This document shows, one piece after another, positions 18,492 through 26,160 of a DNA stretch of 64,000 nucleotides (position 1 is its first letter; each line of letters opens with the position of its first letter). Source of the stretch: a candidate division WOR-3 bacterium (GTDB lineage: Bacteria > Hydrothermota > Hydrothermia > Hydrothermales > JAJRUZ01); NCBI GenBank assembly GCA_039804025.1, contig JBDRZP010000007.1, positions 2,719-66,718 of the forward strand, given 5' to 3'. Below the pieces are notes generated by a model. It ran no database searches, was not told where the DNA came from, and worked only from the letters and a program-made list of their open reading frames with translations. A program made the position numbers and the translations under genes.

Positions 18492-19301
18492 ATGGAAATA
18501 ATAAATGAAATAAATGAAAAAAGAAGAAGATATGTAGATGATTTTCTTTCCTTTATACCGATTTATGAGGATAAAAAAAGGGAAATTGCCTTAAAAAATT
18601 TACTTTTAAAAAATAGAAAATTTATCAAAAACAAGATATGTGTAGAAGCAGGTGCAGGTAAGGGAATTTTTTCAAAATTTATGGTTCTTTTAGGAGCAAA
18701 AAGAGTTTATGCTGTGGAAGAGAGCTTTTACCTTTATAAAATTTTAAAAGAAAATGTAAAAGATGAGAAAAAAATAATTCCGGTAAATAAAAAAATAGAA
18801 GATTTTTTGCCTGATGAAGAAATTGATTTACTTTTCCAGGAGTTTTATGGTTCTCTTCTTTTTGATGAATCCCTTTTAGCTCTTGAAAAAATAAGATTTA
18901 AACCTAAGAGGGTAATACCTGATGGTGGTGCTTTATGGTGTATGATTTTAAAAGAAAAGGAAATTATGGAAAAAGATAAGATATATGAAAAAAATTGGAA
19001 AGAAATTTTAAAAAATGTTTTAGTATCTGACCTTTTTCCTTACATAAAATTTAAGCCACATTTTAAAATATTTGAATGGAATTACGGGAAAGATTTTCCT
19101 AAATTTATTAAATTTGAATTAAAAAGAAAAGGTGATTTTCTTGTATTTTCATCAGAAATAAAAGATAAAGGGAAAAGTATTTTAAAAACATGGGAAACGG
19201 ATACCTGGTCTTTAATTTATACGCCGATTAATGGAAAAAAATTCCTTTTTGAGTTTAATTATGAAAATGCTTTTACGGAGATTAAATTCAAATGGATATA
19301 A
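18492..19301 (+). CDS. class I SAM-dependent methyltransferase with protein-arginine-methyltransferase (PRMT)-like motifs
   Basis: motif I VEAGAGKGIFSKFMVLLGA, post-I KRVYAVEES, motif II IDLLFQEFYGSLLFDE (compare PRMT VLDVGCGTGILS...KVYAVE...DIIISEWMGY). Confidence 0.5.
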   Translation: MEIINEINEKRRRYVDDFLSFIPIYEDKKREIALKNLLLKNRKFIKNKICVEAGAGKGIFSKFMVLLGAKRVYAVEESFYLYKILKENVKDEKKIIPVNKKIEDFLPDEEIDLLFQEFYGSLLFDESLLALEKIRFKPKRVIPDGGALWCMILKEKEIMEKDKIYEKNWKEILKNVLVSDLFPYIKFKPHFKIFEWNYGKDFPKFIKFELKRKGDFLVFSSEIKDKGKSILKTWETDTWSLIYTPINGKKFLFEFNYENAFTEIKFKWI

Positions 19302-19376
19302 AGTCAAAAAAGTATTTAAAAATGAAAAATCTTGAAATTTTTATAATTTTATTTTATTATTACATGTAAGGCATAT

Positions 19377-19390
19377 AGGGTCTAATTCCC
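19377..19390 (+). promoter_or_regulatory. upstream stem-loop motif AGGGTCTAATTCCC, 20 nt before the ATG at 19411
   Basis: read directly; AGGG/CCCT stem with a 7-nt loop. Confidence 0.4.
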
Positions 19391-19410
19391 TTAAAAATAT
19401 CATAAATATT

Positions 19411-22044
19411 ATGAATTTTTTATTTTTATTCTTTTTTATATCTCAAATGAGTGAAGGTTTAAAAATAAACTTTCATACAGCAAGTTTTGAGCCAATTACT
19501 GAAGGTGTCCCTATATTCTCTTCTCAGTTGGATGGGAATTTTAATCCAGGTTTAAATTATGTAGTTATACAGTTTTCAGAAATCCCGACTCCAGAAGAAA
19601 GAAAAAATATTGGTGCAAGTTATGGTATTAAATTTACTCCCTGGTATATCCATGAGAATGCTTTTATTGTAAGTTTCGTTTCAGACAACCCATTAAAAAA
19701 GATAGAAGAAATAAAGGAAATAAGAAATGTGCGAAGTGTCTTTCTTTACAAACCAGCTTTTAAATTTACGAAAGATGCCTGGGAACTATTTACTACACAA
19801 CCTGATTTAAGAGACAAATTTTATGTTCAGGTTTTTCACGATTCTTTACTAATGGATGCTGTAAATCAGGTTATCAATCTTGGAGGTGAAATATTATTCA
19901 TCGGAAAAAGAGATTTAGAAGAGGCAAAACATCTTGCAAGATTTGGATTTATAATAGAAGCAGGGAAACTCGCACAGATTGCAAATAATAGTGGAGTTTT
20001 TGTTATCGGAAGATTATATGAAAAGAATGTTTTTAATGATGCTTCAAGATGGGTAATTCAGACAAATCTCTCAGTTGATACATCTATATGGGCTCGTGGA
20101 ATTAGAGGTGAGGGAGTTATAATAGGGCATAATGACAACGGACTTGACCCAAACCATTGTTTCTTTAATGGAACTATAGACGGTCAGCCAAAAATTGTAA
20201 GACTTTTTGATTATAACGGTGGAGGTTTTGCAAACGGGGATCATGGAACTCATACTGCAGGAAGTGCACTTGGTGGAACTGATCAGCAGAGCACAAATAA
20301 ACAATATAAAGGAATGGCTAAAAGGGCAAGACTTGTATCACAGGAACCATTAGCTCCTGACCCTCCTGGCTTTTACAGTGTCCTTCTTGACGCATATAGT
20401 GAAGGAGCAAGAATACATACAAATAGTTGGGGTTATCAATGTAATGCTATTTTAAATTATTGTGGAACAGGTGGATACGAATTAGAGGCTCTTGATATTG
20501 ATAATTTTGTATGGAATTATATTGATATGACCGTATTTTTTGCAGCAGCAAATGGTGGAGATTGTGTATCCCCTTGGACTTGTGGAAATGTAAGAAGAAT
20601 ATCCTGTCCTGCAACTGCAAAAAATGATATAACAGTTGTTGCAACAAGAAGAGCAAACAATCAGGAATATAAGACAACATGGAGTTCCTTTGGGGCACCG
20701 AATAATCGTGGTGATTACAGGTTTGGAACGGATTTAACTGCCCCTGGTGAGAATGTCAACTCTGCTGATAATAATACAGCATGTGGTATTGTTCAAATGT
20801 CAGGGACATCAATGGCAACTCCAACAGCAGCAGGGGCAGGAGCACTTGTTGTTCAATATTATAAAGAAGGATGGTATGGAAACGGAACAAAGAACTCTGC
20901 ACCTTCATGGAATCCCTCATCAGCACTTGTAAGGGCTACTCTTTTAGCATCTTGTAGGGATATGCTTTATGATGTTGATGATGATGAGTATGGACCAGCA
21001 AATTCAGGAGTCCCAAATATTTATGAGGGTGCAGGAAGAATAACTCTTGAAGATGCTTTGTGGTTTGGTGAGACAAGAAAACTTGCCTTTGTTGATGGTG
21101 ACTTACCATACGGAGATAATCAGTTTAATACTGGTGATTCAATTGTTTACACAATAAATGTTCTTGGAAGCTCTATACCATTAATAATTATTCTTTCATG
21201 GATTGATTATGTGGGGACAGCAAATACATATCCAGTTATAGTTAATAACCTAAATTTAAAGGTGGTTGATCCTTCCGGAAACACATATAAGGGGAATGTT
21301 ACATCCAATGGATGGTCTGTTCCAAATACTGGCTCTTTTGATGCACTTAATACCTGGGAACTCTTCAAATTACAGAACCCTTCAACAGGGGAATGGAAAA
21401 TAATAGTTAAAGGTGCTAATATACCTCAGCCCAAGCCTGCAGGAATAAAATATCCTTTTGCAATTGTTGTCACAGGTAATTTTGACCAAATTTCAAAACT
21501 TGGAACTACTGAAAGTTTTCTTATTCTCTCTTCTTTAAAAGAAGGGATTCTTTTAAATCTTAACTTCTTTGAAAAAATTTCAGAAATTTTGATCTTTAAA
21601 AAGGAAGAAAAAGAGAAAAACTTCTCCCTTATTTTAAAAGAAGAAAACCCTTTAGCACCCTACAGATTTGTTGATAGGAATGTAAAAATCGGGAATACTT
21701 ATGAATATAAAGTGATGGTAATTTCAGGAAGCGGAAATCAGTGGTTTGGTCCAGTTTCAATAAAGTATGATTACTTAACAAGTGAAATCAAAGCTTTTTC
21801 ACAAATTTCCGGTTCAAAACTTAAGTTAAATCTATACCTTGAAGAAGAGGACGAAATAGAACTCTATCTTAAAGACCCCTCTGGTAGAAATGTTAAAAAG
21901 ATTCTTGAAAATAGATTTTCAAAAGGAAACCACTCCTTAGTTTTTGACCTTTCAAATTACAGAATACCAAGCGGAATTTATTTTCTGAATATTAAAGGTA
22001 AAAGTGGAATTGATTTCAAGATTAAAATAAGTGTTTTATACTAA
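19411..22044 (+). CDS. secreted S8 subtilisin-like serine protease with T9SS-type C-terminal sorting domain
   Basis: signal-peptide-like N-terminus; catalytic blocks GDHGTHTAGS (His) and MSGTSMATP (Ser); C-terminal ~80 aa (ELYLKDPSGRNVKKIL...GIYFLNIKGKSGIDFKIKISVLY) matches the Por/T9SS CTD pattern. Confidence 0.8.
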   Translation: MNFLFLFFFISQMSEGLKINFHTASFEPITEGVPIFSSQLDGNFNPGLNYVVIQFSEIPTPEERKNIGASYGIKFTPWYIHENAFIVSFVSDNPLKKIEEIKEIRNVRSVFLYKPAFKFTKDAWELFTTQPDLRDKFYVQVFHDSLLMDAVNQVINLGGEILFIGKRDLEEAKHLARFGFIIEAGKLAQIANNSGVFVIGRLYEKNVFNDASRWVIQTNLSVDTSIWARGIRGEGVIIGHNDNGLDPNHCFFNGTIDGQPKIVRLFDYNGGGFANGDHGTHTAGSALGGTDQQSTNKQYKGMAKRARLVSQEPLAPDPPGFYSVLLDAYSEGARIHTNSWGYQCNAILNYCGTGGYELEALDIDNFVWNYIDMTVFFAAANGGDCVSPWTCGNVRRISCPATAKNDITVVATRRANNQEYKTTWSSFGAPNNRGDYRFGTDLTAPGENVNSADNNTACGIVQMSGTSMATPTAAGAGALVVQYYKEGWYGNGTKNSAPSWNPSSALVRATLLASCRDMLYDVDDDEYGPANSGVPNIYEGAGRITLEDALWFGETRKLAFVDGDLPYGDNQFNTGDSIVYTINVLGSSIPLIIILSWIDYVGTANTYPVIVNNLNLKVVDPSGNTYKGNVTSNGWSVPNTGSFDALNTWELFKLQNPSTGEWKIIVKGANIPQPKPAGIKYPFAIVVTGNFDQISKLGTTESFLILSSLKEGILLNLNFFEKISEILIFKKEEKEKNFSLILKEENPLAPYRFVDRNVKIGNTYEYKVMVISGSGNQWFGPVSIKYDYLTSEIKAFSQISGSKLKLNLYLEEEDEIELYLKDPSGRNVKKILENRFSKGNHSLVFDLSNYRIPSGIYFLNIKGKSGIDFKIKISVLY

Positions 22045-22084
22045 AATTTCCACAAAACCTAAAAAGATAAACTGTAAGGAAAAT

Positions 22085-23521
22085 TTATAATACTATTTCT
22101 TCAAACCTTCTACTCTTTGGTATCTGGCTTTTTATTTTGTTTTCCCTTTTAATACCAATTCCAAGGCATATTCCATCATAAACAAGAACTTTAAAACCAT
22201 CCCTTTCTTTATCTGAAATTTCAATATCAAAACCCTTTAAAATTTTTATCGCATCTTCAGAATTTTTAATTTCATAAATATTTTTCTTAATAAATGGAAA
22301 AACAAGCTGAACAAAATTTGTTGTCAGTTTGTATTCATTATTATGCAATCTTGCTATACGCATACCCTCCCTGAAAGAATGAGGAATTTCAAATTTTTCA
22401 AAATCTTCTGATAAAAGCCATATATCATTCTTTAATTTAAAAATTTTATCATCAAAATAAGATTCATCTATTCCAAAATATTCTTTAAGAAATTTTAAAA
22501 ACCTTCTAACCTCAGAATTATCCCTTTTTAAAAGTTTTCTATACTCTTTTTTTAAAACATAATCCTTTTCTTTTTTTAGTTTATCTATTTTCTTCATTTT
22601 AACAATAAAAAAACCCTCCATTTTTGATTTATGAGGCCATATCCTGATAGCTTTTTCAATTTCTTTTGAAAACTTTTTATCCCTATATTCAGTTATACCC
22701 CTTTCCTCATTTATGTTAAGTTTATCAATTTTCATCACTTCTACTGGGTAACTTTTTAAAATCTCATCAATAAGTTCTTCATTTTCTTCAACTGTTAAGG
22801 TGCAGGTTGAATAAACAATTTCACCTCCTACCTTTAAAGCCTTTATTGCTGAAACAAGAAGTTTTTTTTGAATAATTTTATAAAAATTAACCTCCCTTTC
22901 ATTCCACCAGGAAAGAACCTCCTTTGCTTTATGGAGAGTTCCCATACTTGAACAGGGAGCATCAACGAGAATTTTATCAAAACTTTCAAAATAAAATTTT
23001 CCAAATTGGACTCCATCCATCATAGTTATGGCAGTATTAATAAGACCAATTCTATCAATGTTATGGGTTAAAGCTTTTATTCTTGGTAAATGAATATCAT
23101 TACAAACAAGAACACCTTTATTTTCCATAATTTCACCAATCTGAGTTGCCTTAGAACCAGGAGCAGAAGCAATATCAAGTATAAATTGACCTTTTTCAGG
23201 TTTTAGAATCTTTACAGGTAAAAGAGAAGATTTTTCCTGTATGTAAAAAAGACCTGCGTAGTGTTCAAGTGTTTTACCTATTTCGTATGGTTCATAAATA
23301 ACTTCAAAGGAATTTTCATAAAGAGGGTTTTCTTTTAATATAAAGCCTTTCTTTATTAATCTTTCCTTCAAAAAATTTTTATCAGTTTTTAAAATATTAA
23401 CTCTTAAAGTTTTAGGGAATTCATCCTTAACAGATTCAAAAAATTCCTTTGTTTCCTTAGAACCAATGAGTTTAACAAGGTAAGAATAAAAGGAGGTATT
23501 TTCAAACAAGATTTCTTGCAA
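22085..23521 (-). CDS. 16S rRNA m5C methyltransferase, RsmB/RsmF (NOL1/NOP2/Sun) family
   Basis: DIASAPGSKATQI (SAM motif) and DKILVDAPCSSMGTL (catalytic Cys); C-terminal extension as in RsmF. Confidence 0.8.
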   Translation of the reverse strand: MQEILFENTSFYSYLVKLIGSKETKEFFESVKDEFPKTLRVNILKTDKNFLKERLIKKGFILKENPLYENSFEVIYEPYEIGKTLEHYAGLFYIQEKSSLLPVKILKPEKGQFILDIASAPGSKATQIGEIMENKGVLVCNDIHLPRIKALTHNIDRIGLINTAITMMDGVQFGKFYFESFDKILVDAPCSSMGTLHKAKEVLSWWNEREVNFYKIIQKKLLVSAIKALKVGGEIVYSTCTLTVEENEELIDEILKSYPVEVMKIDKLNINEERGITEYRDKKFSKEIEKAIRIWPHKSKMEGFFIVKMKKIDKLKKEKDYVLKKEYRKLLKRDNSEVRRFLKFLKEYFGIDESYFDDKIFKLKNDIWLLSEDFEKFEIPHSFREGMRIARLHNNEYKLTTNFVQLVFPFIKKNIYEIKNSEDAIKILKGFDIEISDKERDGFKVLVYDGICLGIGIKRENKIKSQIPKSRRFEEIVL

Positions 23522-24233
23522 GTTCCCTTATGTTAAGAGCACTTTCCTTTATTTTTATTGCAGAGTTTATTACCTTTAAATCTTCCGTTTTCTGAGAAAT
23601 TGTATTTGCTTCTTTTAAAATTTCCTGTCCATAAAAATCCAGTTTTTTACCCCATGGTCCATCTTTATTTTTTAAAATTCTCATAATACTTTTTATATGA
23701 GAGCCTATTCTAACAATTTCCTCATTTATTTTCTCACCATTCATCTTTTCTAAATTAAACCCAATTTTTTTTATTTCCCTTTCAATTGCTTTTTTTATTT
23801 CTTCTCCCTCCTTTAATCTTTTTTCTTCAAGTTCTATTAGGGCTTTTTTTAAAAGTCTTTTTAAAAGTATCCATATTCTTTTTTCAGGATAAATAAATTT
23901 AACAAGACCAGGAATTTTGAATGGGTCAATGGTAAATAGTAAATTCTTTTTACTTTTAAGTTTTATATCTTTAATTAAATTTTCATTAATTTTGAATCTC
24001 AATCCTGTTTCGGGAAAATTAATTTTAACTATGAATTTTCCATCCTTTAAATTTTTTTCAAGAAAATTTCTTACCTTTGCTTCTATTCCAGGGATTTCTG
24101 GCTGTAAAATAACTTTAAACTCAGAACCTAATGAATTTAAAGATATAATTTCAAGTTTACAGAAAATATTACCTTCTCTTCCCGATTTCGTGCTTACACC
24201 TGTCATACTTTTTATTCCCTTTTTAATTTTCAT
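23502..24233 (-). CDS. YicC/YloC-family stress-induced protein
   Basis: N-terminal SMTG motif and overall size (243 aa, somewhat short); overlaps rsmB-like start by 20 nt. Confidence 0.55.
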   Translation of the reverse strand: MKIKKGIKSMTGVSTKSGREGNIFCKLEIISLNSLGSEFKVILQPEIPGIEAKVRNFLEKNLKDGKFIVKINFPETGLRFKINENLIKDIKLKSKKNLLFTIDPFKIPGLVKFIYPEKRIWILLKRLLKKALIELEEKRLKEGEEIKKAIEREIKKIGFNLEKMNGEKINEEIVRIGSHIKSIMRILKNKDGPWGKKLDFYGQEILKEANTISQKTEDLKVINSAIKIKESALNIRELARNLV

Positions 24234-24883
24234 TCCATTAAAACATATTCAAAAAGTAAATCAGATATAAAGAAATAAAGAACATCAAAGAAAAAAAGAA
24301 AGAAAACATAGTTTAAATTAAAAATTTTCTCTTCAAGCAAAAGAGTTAAACTTTTTGTGACTGAGATGAAAGGAGGAACAAATAGGGGTAATAAAATTAT
24401 AGGTAATAAAAATTCCCTTGCTTTTGATGAGAAAGTGAGAAAGGATAAAAGTGTCCCCAGAATTGAAAACCCAAAGGAAAATAAAATTAGAATTATAAAA
24501 AAGGGTAAAAAGGGGGGAAAATCAACATTAAGGAAAATTGAGAAAATTACCATTAAAATAAAACCTGAAATTAGCTGAAATAGAAACATGGAAAGGGTTT
24601 TTGAAATGAAGATATAATTTCTCGGAATAGGAAATGTTAAAAGAGAGTATATTCCACCAGTTTCAAATTCCATTGAACTTATTCTTTCAAATCCAATCAT
24701 TCCTGCAAAAATAAAGGATAAAAAGTAGAAAAAGGAAAAAAGCTTTAAATCTTCAATTCTTTCAATTCCAAAACTCAAAAGAAAAAGTAATAAAAAGGAG
24801 AAAAGAAGGTAAGGTATAATTATTTCTTTTGTTCTAAATTCAAGTAAGATATCTTTTTTAATTAAATGGATTATATACTTCAA
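24230..24883 (-). CDS. polytopic membrane protein, possibly CcmB-like ABC-2 permease
   Basis: 217 aa, about 6 TM helices, immediately downstream of rpmB; family assignment weak. Confidence 0.3.
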   Translation of the reverse strand: MKYIIHLIKKDILLEFRTKEIIIPYLLFSFLLLFLLSFGIERIEDLKLFSFFYFLSFIFAGMIGFERISSMEFETGGIYSLLTFPIPRNYIFISKTLSMFLFQLISGFILMVIFSIFLNVDFPPFLPFFIILILFSFGFSILGTLLSFLTFSSKAREFLLPIILLPLFVPPFISVTKSLTLLLEEKIFNLNYVFFLFFFDVLYFFISDLLFEYVLME

Positions 24884-24886
24884 AAA

Positions 24887-25069
24887 TCAAACTACCTCAA
24901 GTTTTCTTAAACACTTTGTGCATACTCTAACTTTTTTAATTTTTCCGTTTATTTTTGCCCTTCTTGTGTGTAAATTAACCTTAAATTTTCTTGGTGTGAC
25001 CCTGTGAGAATGGGAAATTTGTCTTCCAATAATTGTTTTTTTTCCACAGATTTCACATTGCATTGCCAT
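24887..25069 (-). CDS. rpmB: 50S ribosomal protein L28
   Basis: 60 aa, CEICGKK...SHSHRVTPRKFKVNLH matches the L28 pattern. Confidence 0.85.
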   Translation of the reverse strand: MAMQCEICGKKTIIGRQISHSHRVTPRKFKVNLHTRRAKINGKIKKVRVCTKCLRKLEVV

Positions 25070-25509
25070 TTTTCTTCCTCCTTTAATTTTTAATTATAAT
25101 AAAAATAAATAAAATTTTCAACCTGAAAGAAGAAGTTTAGTACCAGAGGAACATATAAGGAAATTGATAAAAAAATAGCATTCTTAAAAGATAAAGTATT
25201 TTATTTATCTTCTCTCACCCTTTGCCCATAGGTGATTTCTTACAAAAATTGTTCTGTAATATAAAATATTTTTAACCCTAAATAAATCTTTATTTTAAAA
25301 TTAAAATTTAACAATAGTGAATATCCTTTGCACTTATTTTAGGAATTCTTGCTTTAATCCAACCCCTATCTTATTTTACAAATAAACTCATACAAAATGA
25401 GAATAAAAGAGCAAAGAAAATTACTGGGAGACAGAAAGGATGTTTGATGAGGTAAATAAAACCTGAAATAATTCTATCATAAGTTATTAAAAGATCTTAA
25501 TTAATTGAA

Positions 25510-26067
25510 CTATCTTAAATGTCTTATAATTTCCAATACTTCTCTATGTCTTTCCTCTGCATTCTTTTCCATAACTCTTAAAGTCTCATCCATTTTATAA
25601 AGCATCTCACTTATTTTTTCTAAAATCTCTGATTGCTTATTTAGAATTTCTGTGTGCCTATTTATCGTTTCTGATTGCTTATTTAACATTTCTGCCATCT
25701 TATTTAACATTTCTGTTTGCTTATTTAACATTTCAGTTTGTTTATTTAGCATTTCAGTTTGCTTATTTAGCATTTCTGATTGCTTATTTAGCATTTCAGT
25801 TTGCTTATTTAGCATTTCTGATTGCTTATTTAATGTTTCTGTTTGCTTGTTTAATATTTCTGATTGCTTATTTAATGTTTCTGTTTGCTTGTTTAATATT
25901 TCAGTCTGTTTGTTTAGCATTTCAGTATGTTTATTTAAAATTTCATTCTGTTTATTTAGCATTTCATTTTGTTTACTTATCATTTCCTTCATCCATCTGC
26001 CATTACTCCATGCAAGATAAGTTAAAACTCCTGCAAGAAGGGTCAGTCCTATTCCAAATATTTCCAT
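25510..26067 (-). CDS. N-terminally membrane-anchored coiled-coil protein built from about 17 heptad repeats (LNKQTEM/LNKQSEI)
   Basis: N-terminal TM MEIFGIGLTLLAGVLTYLAW then perfect 7-aa periodicity encoded by 21-nt DNA tandem repeats. Confidence 0.5.
   Translation of the reverse strand: MEIFGIGLTLLAGVLTYLAWSNGRWMKEMISKQNEMLNKQNEILNKHTEMLNKQTEILNKQTETLNKQSEILNKQTETLNKQSEMLNKQTEMLNKQSEMLNKQTEMLNKQTEMLNKQTEMLNKMAEMLNKQSETINRHTEILNKQSEILEKISEMLYKMDETLRVMEKNAEERHREVLEIIRHLR
25628..25985. repeat. about 17 tandem copies of a 21-nt unit (consensus gattgcttatttagcatttct) inside the 25510..26067 gene
   Basis: read directly; units differ by 1-3 substitutions. Confidence 0.85.
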
Positions 26068-26160
26068 AGTATAAAATTATAAAGAAAAAATGCATTAAAT
26101 ACCAATTTTATTAGAATACCCTTCCTTTTTCTTTCTCCTAATTTTAATTTATTTTCCAGT

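Noticed and set aside
19322-19369. 15-aa hydrophobic mini-ORF (MKNLEIFIILFYYYM) just upstream of the subtilase gene, considered as a leader/precursor peptide
   Set aside because: No SD. In an AT-rich genome such short ORFs arise by chance. It overlaps the promoter/stem-loop region of the subtilase gene.
25070-25509. 440-nt intergenic gap after rpmB, examined for an ncRNA or small gene
   Set aside because: Only a 17-aa ORF and no convincing conserved structure or repeat were seen. Left unannotated.
25652-26069. Two plus-strand ORFs (122 aa and 78 aa, CLFNIS... repeats)
   Set aside because: They are antisense read-throughs of the 21-nt tandem repeats in 25510..26067. There is no start context and the sequence is purely repetitive.
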